Of a stretch of 64,000 nt of DNA, positions 28,201 to 39,150 are shown one piece after another. The notes beneath the pieces were generated by a model. The model saw only the letters and a list, made by a program, of their open reading frames with translations. It ran no database searches and was not told the origin of the DNA. Position 1 is the first letter of the stretch. Each line of letters begins with the position of its first letter. The stretch is from Camelus ferus (taxonomy: Eukaryota). The stretch lies in contig NC_045696.1 in NCBI RefSeq assembly GCF_009834535.1, positions 31,808,001-31,872,000 on the forward strand. Direction: 5' to 3'. The translations under genes and the position numbers were made by a program.

Positions 28201-30569
28201 CAGCCACTAAGAACTTTGATGCAAAAAGTCTAAATGTTGAAAATAAAATGAAAACATTTAAGTTAAGAGAGAGAAAAGTATGTTTATTTCTATGACAATG
28301 GCCTATATTTGTATCAAACAAAAGACTTAGAGTTTCCGGAGCAGTCTAACTTGGATGGGGGCTTTGGGAGCCAGACTTCCTGGGTTTGAATCCAAATTCT
28401 GTGTCATTTTAACTAAGCACACTTGAATAAGATATATACTCCTTCCCCTTCCTTTCCATCATTGCTGGGACTCTTAAAAGATTGAGTTTACAAGGAAAAA
28501 TAAAAATAAGTCATGCCAGTAAAAGAAAAAATTAGAGAGTCACAGTCATAATCACATTTGTAGTCTTGCATAAATACTCATCAATCTACCAGTTTTTCTT
28601 CTTCAGGAATTGATATGCAAAAATACAGCACAAGAAGTTGGGGGATTCCTTGTTTTTAAGATTCACTGCTCTAACTTAGCATTTCAAAGTGAGGCCTATT
28701 TAACAAACCTCCAGTTACCTAAACACAATTAAGACTCATAATTACTGATCAAAAATTAACATAGTTTGTGTGAGAACATCACACAGCACATCAGACCTCT
28801 CTAGGAGCATCACCTGCAGAGCTGTTAATGAACAGGCATCCGAGAACATGCCTTGACCTTGTTTCTCTAGATAGAGGGGAAAGAGTATAACACAAAGAGG
28901 ACAGAAGGAAAGTTAACTAAAGCAGGCTGAATTCAGAAAAGTTCTATATGTGAATGTTACTTTCTAAGAAAGAATGGATAATGCAATAACCATATAAAGG
29001 GAGCCATAGTTGTGATTCAAATAGTCAGCTAAAGAAACCCTAAGAACTTTTAACTCATGGCATAAGTACATAAAGACAATAGCAACCATTCAGGTATGTA
29101 TGCATGCCCAATACTTTAGACTGTTATATATTATAGTTGCAGACAAGGCTGTTTAATGGAAGAGCTGCAAACTTATGACACTATGAACTCAGTACCTTGC
29201 AAATAACACACATGTCAGAGTGACTTACTATATAATGTGGTCACAAATTCTGACAACTTAAACAGTGTCTATTTTCTATTTTTTCTTAAAGTCTTTCCAC
29301 AGAATAAGACTATAATACTATTACCCTGATATTTAAACTTAAAGAATCTACATTTTGGAAGTTATAAGAGGAAAAGTGAGCAAGTAAACACTTGAATACA
29401 AAAGCTAAAAGAAATTCAAAAGAACAGAATATCATCCAGAAACACACATACTAAAAATAAAGCAATTTTTATATAACTATGTATCAATGAACAGACTTGA
29501 TACTCAGGAAATTTCTTTTCTATTAAATAGAAGAGGAGTTCTTCAGACATGGAATGTTAAAACATCCCTTTACTATTCCTCACCTCATATAAATTGCCAC
29601 CAATGTAGTTCAGAAAACCATGACTTTGAACAAACTATGAATTTTCCTCCTTATATTCACTGAGTACAAATGGTAGTAGATAGGAAAATATAGGCCATGT
29701 GTTTCTATTAATTAAGTTCCCTTGTTTGAAAGCCATGTCAAGAATGGAAGAGAAATCTCAATTCAGGAGTATCTAGATATTAACTCATGGTTAAGTTGCT
29801 TCTATTACTCTTATAAATATGATTTTTAATTTTTAAGAGTCCTTTTATTTAAAAAAGGTTAACATATATGATAGATTCTCCCTTGATACTGATACCCAAA
29901 CAAGAACACAGAACATTTTGCCAAAATTAAATATACTTTTTAGCAAGCTTGGACCTAAATACTATTATCCCAATTCACGAATGGGTATAAGATTAACTGG
30001 CATTATTATTGAATACTTGGGCATGCTGGAAATAGATTTAGATTTTTATAATTCTAAGTTCTATTGATTACTGTGCTTATTACATTTCCTTGGTAGAAAA
30101 CAGTGCACTCTTGGATATTTTTATTAAATGAAGAGCCATTCACTCTTGAGTCTCTTTTTTCCTTCACTGGGAGGTGCCCTAGGGCTTTGGGGGCAACACT
30201 GTGCATTTTGGTACAATTAGAACAAATATTTGCTACCTTCTTTGTGTTTCAGCTTAGTCTGAAATGACTCAGGGAAACTGTGCCTCTGAATAGGGATAGC
30301 AAAGTGAACCACAGATTAATCTGAAATTTACCCCAAAATATTAACTGGATGCCTTTTGTGAACCTAGCTCTAAACTAGGGAAAGTTGTCTTGTCTGAGTA
30401 TTCTTTTCATAATATCTACATGACACAAACTAATGTCAGGTTGTGGACTGCACTGGGACCATATACATCAACAAGTGTCTGAAAAACTAAGAACCTCAGA
30501 GTTTCAGTTGAATTTTAAAGAGTTAAAGCAGAGGTTAATGGAATAAAATTTATTTTAAAAGAGTCACTA

Positions 30570-30790
30570 TTGCTTAATAGTTAAACCACCTTTGGATCAG
30601 ATAGCCTGGATTTGCAACCTGACCCAGCCACATATAATCTTGGATAATCTACTCAATCCCCTACACATTACTTTCTTGAAAAAAGAAAACTAAAGCGACT
30701 GTGTATAATAAAGTTAGGAGATAAATTAGATTCTGTATGGAAACACTTCCCACTGGGGTTGGCAAATGATAAGCATTTAATAAATATTAC
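30570..30790 (+). mobile_element. MIR SINE
   Basis: tttggatcagatagcctggatttgcaacctgacccagccac...gataagcatttaataaatattac. Confidence 0.55.
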
Positions 30791-30881
30791 CCACTATGAT
30801 TAGGTTTTAGGTGATGGGGACTTGGAGGATGAGAAGAATTAGCACAGAGGAGCAGAATGAGAGCATTCCAGGAAGTGGACA

Positions 30882-31495
30882 TTTTAGGCAGTTAGATAGA
30901 AATGGGCTCCAGGTAAGGGGAGAGGAAGGGGGAGGGAGCAACCCAGAAAATAAATAGTATGCCTGTACTCAGGATAAGGGGTTCCAAAAACTTTTACTTT
31001 CTCTAAATGAAGGCCAGCAAAGAAGCCAGCTAGAATCGAACGCTGTGGCTGCGCAGTAGGAGAAGGACCTGGCTTAACTTGACCCAATGTTCGTTATAAT
31101 GTAATTAACATTACAGTTTGAGCCCCTTCCTGTAGGTTTCTCTGTGTGCATCATGGGTAAAAAAAACATGCCTAAAAGAGATGTGCGTGCCTGAGAACAA
31201 GGAACATGAGCTGTCAATCAGCCTGAGCACTCAGAGAGAGTAATGCATCAATAACCAATCATGAAAACGCCCCCTAAGCCAGGATACAAGAACAGGAAAA
31301 ACAAAGGAGCAGAGTCATTTTTCCTCTCTTGGATTGGCCAACCCCCAATTCTCAGGCATGTACTATATTTTACTACCTTTTTACTTCACTAATAAAATCT
31401 TCTGTTTATATCACACTCTCTTTCTTCCATTAGAAATTCTTTTATTTGGGGTGACTAAGAACCAAGGTAACTTTTATTTCCTCCTCCTGGTAACA
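30882..31495 (+). mobile_element. Solo ERV1-class LTR
   Basis: Starts ttttaggcagttagatag (degenerate TGTTAGG), has CCAAT (aaccaatc) and AATAAA (ctaataaaatc), and ends ctggtaaca. It interrupts an L2 remnant (gagcattccaggaagtggaca | gagtatgattaaaggc). No clean TSD seen. Confidence 0.75.
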
Positions 31496-31559
31496 GAGTA
31501 TGATTAAAGGCTTAGAATAAAAACATTCTCATCTCCAGACTGTGGCATAAATTCTTTTA

Positions 31560-31890
31560 ATCTTTCACTTGCCTAAATCCTGATCACTGTTCCAATTTTA
31601 ATTTAATGTCTCCTTCAGGAAAGCCTTCACTGAAACATACATTAGTCTTGATTACAGTAGCTTCTACTCATTTAAATCTCATTGAATTCTGCAAAACAAA
31701 ATCACAACTAATAATTTATCTGTGTAAATTTTAAAAATATTTCAGTTCTTCTTCTGAACTTTGAATACCAGGGGAATAAGAACTGTTTCTGTCCTGGGTA
31801 TACCAGTATAGCCCAAGAGCCTAAAATAACACCCAACAAAAGCCAAGAGTCAGTGTATTTTGCTGGTACATGAATGAGTGAATAAATGAG
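31560..31890 (+). mobile_element. LINE-2 3' end
   Basis: aatgtctccttcaggaaagccttcactga...cccaagagcctaaaataac...atgaatgagtgaataaatga. Confidence 0.6.
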
Positions 31891-32389
31891 CACATAACGA
31901 ATTTTACATCTTTTCAGAAGTAAAACTTAGATGAAAGAAAATGTTCAAGTAAGAAAATAAGATATTAGTTACTTCAGATTAAGTCAGTTGATGGAGAGAT
32001 TTGATTATCAGTCTAATTAACTTTGCAACAAAAAGGAAGTAAAGATTTTAAGTTTTGTATTTTTTAATTAGCATTTGATTCATGTTCACTTACATAATAC
32101 TGGTCACATAGCTTTTAGGAAAATCTTGTAGGAAGAGGTAGAGACTGAATACCAAATAAGGTGCTCTTATAAAGAGACACATGAAGTGATAAACAACTTA
32201 AACTACTCAACAGGCAGAACAAGTACAAATTAGAATTTGAATTTGGCAATTTCCAAGAAAATATATTTTTTAAATTTTATTCTATGCCCTTAGACTTACT
32301 TCATGGATTGGTTTATTTTATTTAATTTTTTTTAACTTGGAGTGACCTATGGGTGGCAGTGGGGGGTTGTATTAGTAAGACTGCTAAAC

Positions 32390-32555
32390 CCTTACTTTTC
32401 AACATGTGGCCAAGTCTCAGAATCACCAAGACAGCTGCAGGTATCTTAGAAATGAAGAATTCTAGGATCCCCTCAGAACTGCTGAACTGAAAGCTGCATG
32501 TTACCAAGATTTGCAGATCATTTACATGCACAATTAGCTATGAGAAGCACTACTT
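32390..32555. mobile_element. MER5A-like hAT DNA transposon
   Basis: cttagaaatgaagaattctaggatcccctcagaactgctgaa...tgagaagcactac. Confidence 0.55.
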
Positions 32556-34229
32556 CAAGTAGTGTCTTAGTCTGGCCATGGTTAACACTATGCTGAAATA
32601 GTGAGTGAGCACCAGCTACTGAAAGAGAAGAATTGATAGATTTTGAAAACAAATTATATCTAGAGATGAGGTAAAGGTAACTGTCATTGATTTTAGCACA
32701 TCAATATAAACAACTGATAAAATGACAGTGTATTTTAAAAACAACAACACACAAGGAAAATAGGATAAACTGTGGATTGCAAGGTACTCTTGTGAGGACA
32801 TACAATAGAAATTTTAAAGTAATTTTGGTTATCATATCTAGGCTCAAAAGATATTGTTATTCTTTAAAAAGTGAACTCAGTATCTTCAGATTAAATAAAT
32901 TCCAGCCACATGACCCTCTGTGCTGAACTTATGGGTACTAATGTCATCTTATTTTTTCTCAAACACCAGCTCTCCTCCAAGGCCTAGTTCAAAGGTGATG
33001 TCTCACCTATGAAAGGACTGGGGCTTCTTCAATTCAAAATGAACTAGATATATTTATACATTATCAGAGAAGACAAATTTAATGGTTTTTAACAAAAATC
33101 TTTGTAAACTATTTTCATTTCCTTTTTTTTTTTACACACTTCTATATTTCCATTTTATAGGCTGTTAGTTCCTATTGGCTCATATTAACTAAACACTTAT
33201 TTTATCAAATCTACTGATTCCATCATTTAGCAACACAAGGTTGGCACTGAAGATAGAGGAGAAATCAATGGTATCTGTCTTTTAATATGTTCACAAGCTT
33301 ATGACAAAAACATAATAAATCATCAATTTTATTAAAACTTGATAGCTATGAGAAAGGTACACAAGCTACCATTTGTATATACCCAGTGTCTCTGGGGAAA
33401 TAGGGAGACAGCTTAAAAGTATTTTGAGAATACAGATCATAGTTCATCCCTCATGTTTTTTATTTTCCTAAATATTCCTTCCTCTCTAACCTCACATACT
33501 TTTTTTTTTGCTGAAAGAGTAATGTAGTAGACACTAATTAAATATTTTTGAGTAACTGACAACCAAACCATGTCCATATGTTCCATTAAGAACACAAAAA
33601 AAAATTAGTAAGATTTTCTATTTGAGAAATATTGTTTATAAAACTAAAAGCATGTTTTTAAATTTGTTCTACTACTTACTGAAACAAAAAACAGTGACTC
33701 AGGAAGGATCATTTAATATCTTAATTCCCAGAACCTTGAAATAGACAACCAGTTCAATGAAAATGTGCTATTTTATATAAGGAGATAACTTACCTCAATC
33801 TTACTCTACTGGAAGCTATTTTTTTTTTGTACTTAGTTTTCAGCACTGTGTTGTTTTGTTTTAGTAAATGTTTTTCTCTTTAAATTCATCAAGCTGAATC
33901 TCAAATGGTTAGAATAAACAGAGGTTGATCACAGACAGGACAAGTGAACAAAAATATAATGCTATCCAATCCAATGCTTCCCTCAAATGTTACCATCTGC
34001 CTTTGGGCAGAGTAGAGAAAAGATAGAAGAGCCCAGGACCTCTCATTCAGGAATTACCGTTTGTAAAGATAAATTCAAACAAGGCATTCTTCTCTGATAT
34101 TCCTAGGAATTCTCACCCTCCTGCTTCTTCCTATCTACAACAGATACCACTAGCTGCCTCAAATATTCTCACCAAACCCAAGCCTCATCCAAATGAAGAA
34201 TTATTCAAATGTAGAGAAACTGAAGAGTA

Positions 34230-35514
34230 AGATTGATGGGGTCCCATTTCATAACTCTGATTGTGACTGCCAAAGACTTCATTTAATTTTAACTTATTAC
34301 TGGTTGGTTCAGAGTGCCCATGCCCACGCCACAATATTTTAGGATAATGGGTGCTCTGACCATGGGGAATTAAAGTGTTAGTTCTGATGGTTAAGGGGAA
34401 GCGTACTTCTTATTCCTTCTATTTATGTTTTTTACCTTCTCTAAGAGTAAACAGATACCTTATTTAAATTTAGTAGTATCCCCAGTAATAAGTGAAATTT
34501 GGGCTTCAGGATCGATAAAGGGCAAAAAAATGTGTTCAATTGGTGCATTTGTTCAAATGTTACGGTTAATTCAGACCTATGTTGCAGAGACATAAAATTT
34601 AATTAGTACTCTTATTTGTTGTCAAAATTCTTTTAGTAAATTTTAGATTTCCAATAAAGTTTGAACTTCAATTTTAGTAAATCATTGGCCTCTGTTTCTG
34701 ATTTTTGTTTGTTTACTAGATACATTTCAAGGGAGTTCTCTATGTTCTGCTCATACTTATAAGTTTCTCCCTCCAGAAAGTCGAAAAGCAGTAGCATAAG
34801 GTTACTTTCCCATGGCAATAGCAGCTTTATTGGGATTAAGGATCCTCAACTGAGATCAGGTTTATACCTCCTTAGCTGTGTTCCAGGAGGGGTACCACGG
34901 GTATTTTCCCCTATATCCTGGACTATAAGAGTATTTTTGCAACACAGGCAAAGGTATTTTTAAGAGTTGTAGCGACTCATCTGTTTTAGGAGGGTAGCCC
35001 TCAGCATGCTACATAGTGACTAATCTTCTTCCACATGAGCAACCCCTGATGGGCCTGTACATTGCACAGGTTGTCAATCTTTCTCTTAAGCACTCAATAG
35101 GATGAGGGCAAGTGACAGGTTGAGACACACAGTCATGGTCACAAGGTAATTCAGTTACGAGCTATAGTCAGTTATGGCTTATGTTAGAATCGAGACACAT
35201 GATTCAACCCGAGACACACAGACAGTCCCAGTCCTACAGCCATTTTAAGGAGTCCCCCAATTCCATAGTAACATTTTTAATGACAATTAGCAAAACTTCC
35301 AACTTAGATTAGTTAGATCTATAAAAGAGACTTTGAGAGCTCAGTAAATGCAGTGCAAAGCAACATAACCCAAAGCACAAACCAGCCAGCAGGCAGCAGC
35401 TAAAAGTGCATGCTTCTCAGCAGGCAACAAAACCAGTCAGCAAGCAAAAGCATTAGAAGAGAGATCTTCCTGAGGTGGTGGTCACTGTCTGGCCATCCTC
35501 CTCACAGAGCCAAT
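34230..35514 (-). mobile_element. Degraded ERV1 internal region (leader side) of the MER67-like provirus; left boundary uncertain
   Basis: Directly follows the LTR end and PBS on the minus strand; composition differs from the AT-rich flank; no intact gag/pol/env ORF recognised. Confidence 0.5.
35495..35512 (-). other. Retroviral primer-binding site complementary to the tRNA-Ser(CGA) 3' end
   Basis: Minus strand TGGCTCTGTGAGGAGGAT versus TGGCGCTGTGAGCAGGAT expected from the recalled tRNA-Ser(CGA) sequence (16/18), located immediately after the LTR end. Confidence 0.7.
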
Positions 35515-35606
35515 CAATTTATTCACCCCACAGAGATGGGATGGGCCCTCCTCCTAAACTTTGGTTAGGATATTAAGACCGATCATACTACACTCAATTA
35601 AGAGGG
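35515..35606 (-). mobile_element. 3' (U5) part of the split MER67-like ERV1 LTR
   Basis: Minus strand ccctcttaattgagtgtagtatgatcggtcttaatatcctaaccaaagtttaggaggagggcccatcccatctctgtggggtga continues the LTR from the point where the 37499-37832 piece stops. Confidence 0.75.
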
Positions 35607-35607
35607 G

Positions 35608-37383
35608 TTTTTGTTTGTTTCACAGTCATTACCATATCAAATAAATTACTCTAATAGCACTAATGCAGCTGGAGGTGCTCATTACAACACTGAACAAGAT
35701 TTCCTACCTTGTTTCTGTCCAAAGAGAATGTCTACCCTTTTGTTCCTTCCCCCTTTTGGGAGAAAAGCCGTTATAGTCCATTTACCCAATTAAACCTCTT
35801 AATTCATTTCTTTTTAAAAATTTGGAGGCACCTGAGTTTCCCTGTTAAGAAATGAAAGTCAAATTGAGTATCCCATCCCCTCCCCCACTTCCACAGGCCA
35901 AATTAAGTACCTGCAGCGAGGGTATTTCTGTTGCCTCTGATTTCTTGAAATGAGTATCAAAAGAAATGGCATCAAGTGTTCATGTCGGGCACGGAGCGGG
36001 CTCCAGAAACTTGTCAGACGTAGCATCCCTGTGTCTGGACTGTCTGGAGGTGACGTGAGGAGAATGTGAAGGCTTGTTGCTGGGGTAGATACAGCAGCTG
36101 GAAGCCTGTACTAAGCCAAGTCCCACCTACAGTTTGTCCAGGAAGTCGGCCAGGGCTGGGATATCTTCATTCCGGCCTTCGGCTGGGGCGGATGGGGCTA
36201 TCCAAGGGGTTTCCAGGCAGGATCTGCTGCTGGTCAAACACGCACTGGGGGACAGCCCGGCTGCCAGCCGGAGTGGAACCTCGCACTGGCAGTGGAGCCA
36301 AAGGACTTCGTTTTCAGGCAGGTGAACCTTCACCACAAACACCAGGGTTCTGGCCACCTGGGAGTCCTCAAAGACGTGGCCCTGCTTCTTGTTCAGGCCA
36401 CAGTAGACGCCACCGACAGCTTCTTCCATACCGGGATTCTCCACAGCTGAACAGGCTCCGTGAGCTAGGCCTCGACTGTCAGCCGTCCCGCCCTGGCAAT
36501 GACCCAGCAGCCCCCGCGCTCGATAACGTCTGCGTGCAGCGTCGTGTCGTGACGTCAAAGCGCACGTCACGCCGGTGATCACGTCACGCAGGTCGTTCTC
36601 CTCACACAGCAGCCCTCTCCTTGCTGGCCCTCTGGAAGCCAGCCGCTACATTGTCCTTGATCTCCTTGAGGTACTGCACAGCCTCGGTGAGGACTTGGAG
36701 GCAGGTGCCTGCCGCCCAGGCCAAAGGACCTTGTCTTTCGAACCTCAGCCGAGTCCCACTCGTACTCCTCCGCCAGGTGGCGGGTTCACTGCTTGAGCTC
36801 CCAGTGGGTGGACACGTCATCCTGTTCGATGTCTTTGGCCAGGCCGTTGGGGAAGGGCCACACCTTTATGTACAGCCGGTTGTGCTTGTTGGGCGACCTG
36901 GACAAGCAGAGCACGTTGAACTCCTTGCTGAGAGTCTCATGCTGTACAAGACAACTGGGTGCTATTTCTTGATGGGAATGCAGGCATGGTCCTCCTTCAG
37001 GCCCTTCAGGAGGATCTCTGGGTGCACTTCACCGACCCCTGGGATGATGTGCTCCCTTGATTCCTCTATGATGCACTGCACCATGGGGTCCGACTTGGCA
37101 AGCTGCTTCAGACCCTCAACCAGCTTGAGCAGGTCAGCCAGGTACTTGGCCTCCAGGATGAGCCTGACAACCGGGACTCACGCTGAACTTATGCACCTGC
37201 ATAGGCATACTCGTAAGTGGTAGTGGTGCCTGTATTCACCAGGAACTGGGCCACACCTAGGCCCGTGATGCTCCTGCAAGGCTCATCCTAGATGGGCTCC
37301 ACAAAACGTCCCATCGTAAGGATTGTTCTCTGGATCGGCTTCAGGTACAGGTTTTTCTTCCTCTGGGTCATATAATTGGGGGC
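35608..37383 (-). pseudogene. EEF2: Processed, 5'-truncated pseudogene of eukaryotic translation elongation factor 2 (C-terminal half of CDS, full 3' UTR, poly(A) remnant)
   Basis: Minus-strand translation across frames gives [93 protein letters not shown] and IPALADFLDKL* (stop at 36127-36129), collinear with eEF2 and without introns. Premature stops at 37288-37290, 36962-36964 and 36786-36788, plus frameshifts and deletions. 35621-36126 resembles the recalled EEF2 3' UTR (aacacttgatgccatttctt, gggaaactcag, attaagaggttta, gagcacctccagctg). Tail aaacaaacaaaaa at 35608-35620. Confidence 0.97.
36511..36600. promoter_or_regulatory. CpG-dense core with clustered CRE/ATF motifs (candidate regulatory element)
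   Basis: 16 CpGs in 90 bp (hand count); palindromic CRE TGACGTCA at 36550-36557; direct repeat cacgtcacgc at 36563-36572 and 36580-36589 (TGACGTG on the minus strand). Function is inferred only. Confidence 0.4.
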
Positions 37384-37384
37384 G

Positions 37385-37498
37385 TGTATTGTGATCATTT
37401 TGCATTGTATGCAAATATCGTATCATTATATTTTACACCTAAAACTAACAATGTTACGTCCCAATTATACCTTGATAAAAATGATTTCTTACAAAAAT
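37385..37498 (+). mobile_element. About 110-bp extreme 3' terminus of an older L1, opposite in orientation to the EEF2 retrocopy
   Basis: tattgtgatcattttgcattgtatgcaaatatcgtatcattatattttacacctaaaactaacaatgttacgtcccaattataccttgataaaaa matches the L1M-type terminal 3' UTR motif, followed by a degenerate A-rich tail. Confidence 0.8.
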
Positions 37499-37832
37499 AT
37501 TAAGAGGGTATGAAAAGGTTTTACTCACATAATGAAACTTTCTTTCGAAAGCAGAGACATCTCCCAAACAGGTCCAAAAGCGGCAGCTTGAGGGAGAGAA
37601 AAAAAAAGAGACTAGTTTGGCTTTTATTGTGATTAGAGGATATCATTGAAGCGAGGATTCCTGTGAGTGGACTAGGGTTTGCATGGTTTGGATTTCCTGC
37701 TCTTGCCAATGGGGGAACACCTAGTCTTTCTTATAAGCTTTGTCAGGTGTGGGGCAGAAGAGGGGGGAAGTCATTGAGTTTGAAAGCTGTCAGCAGTTAA
37801 ATGTCAAAAATGAAGTCAGAGTGTTTATTAAA
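37499..37832 (-). mobile_element. 5' (U3/R) part of the split MER67-like ERV1 LTR
   Basis: Minus strand tttaataaacactctgacttcatttttgacatttaactgctgacagctttcaa...ctaatcacaataaaagcc...ggacctgtttgggag...cattatgtgagtaaaaccttttcataccctc resembles the recalled MER67C/D consensus. Confidence 0.8.
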
Positions 37833-38049
37833 ATGCCACGAGTTCCTTACTTTCAGGGCCTTTTCAGCTACTAATTTCTCTCTTATGAATTATCTTTTAA
37901 CTGATCATAATATAACAAGACGTTGATGATTTCTTCTGTTGTTCTATAATTGTGGCTTAAGCTGAGAATAGACTGCCTTAAGTACTTCACACTCTAAATT
38001 CAGAGAGCCAACAGAAGTTGGAATTATTGAGGGGTGGAAGTTAGAGAAT

Positions 38050-39150
38050 GGATATGTGTCAACCCTACTTATCCCTACCAATTACTATAGAAAGAAAATT
38101 GGCAAATATGACTATGATATTTTGGAGAGATTCCTGTTCATGGAAAGTGAGCCTTTCCCACTTTGAAGATACGGAAAGTAGATCTATGAGAGCTCTTTCC
38201 AAAAATTGGTAAAGCCTTCAAGAAGGGGAAACAGTTTTTATTCTTTGTTTGTGCTTGCTTAGTAGGAGGACTTACTGATATGCTCTTGTGCTAACTGAAC
38301 AGAAGAAAGGCGAATAGGAAGAAGGGCAAAAGGCGGAGACAGCCACGGGGGGGGGGGGGGGGGGGGTGCGCGCGCACATACGCGGGAGGGAGCCGGGAAC
38401 CTCCCCTCTAAGTATGTAGAGAAGCATTCTGCAGGGGCTCACCAGACCTACAAGGATAGATTCAGCTGTGAGATACAGCCTTGCCATTTGCCTGTGTGGT
38501 TTAGTGAGTAAAGGGGCAAAAAGGGACAGTCATTAGAGGAATGCAATGTAAAGGTCATCAGCTTAAGGCCAGCTAAGAGGTGAGGCCAAACCTAAAAATG
38601 TAAAAATGTCTAAGGGAGCTGCACACCAATGAACACGTTGCTATCAAGGTGTGTTGGAGCTATAGATAAGGATTGGAAATAGTTATATCCAAGCAAGGAA
38701 AGACTATAATCCTTCCAAGGCAGTAAGGAAATATTGGACATCTTTCCTTTTTTCTCCTCCTGCCTTAACAAAAAAGAGGAACTAGTATCTAAAGAAGTAG
38801 TAAAGGGAAGTACATAAAGGACAGACCATAATTTTCTCTGCTTAACTCCAATTTTCCATAGCCCAAGGTAAGTCTAGTCTATGCTAGAGGTGGAAACAGT
38901 GAGGGAGGAGAACATACTGTTGAGTTTGAAACTGAGCTTTAACTTGTAGCAAGTCAAAGTCTTAAATGGGAAAGTGAGATCAGTCTAAAAACTGACAGAC
39001 TAGAGATTTTTAATCTGATCTTCTGGTGTACTCTTAGCAGGAATTTTTACCATGGTCCCACTTAAGGATGGTTATGAAGAAATAAAGCTTTAAAAAATGT
39101 ATGCCAGATACATTCACATGACTGGATCCTTCTCAGCTAAGGTGTCACTT
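38050..39150. mobile_element. Possible ancient long LTR (LTR78/MamGyp-like), family not determined
   Basis: Purine-rich block with an aataaagc signal near 39081 and LTR-like texture; no confident consensus match. Confidence 0.25.
38347..38366 (+). repeat. G20 homopolymer
   Basis: 20 consecutive G read directly. Confidence 0.9.

Noticed and set aside
36127..36820. Minus-strand ORFs (151 aa and 72 aa) as a functional short eEF2 isoform
   Set aside because: Each drifts in and out of the eEF2 frame through frameshifts; the GTPase domain is absent and there are in-frame stops upstream.
36066..37223. Plus-strand ORFs of 170, 73 and 200 aa (36066-36578, 36575-36796, 36621-37223) as novel genes
   Set aside because: They are antisense shadows of the GC-rich EEF2 coding sequence, begin at non-ATG codons and resemble no protein family I recognise.
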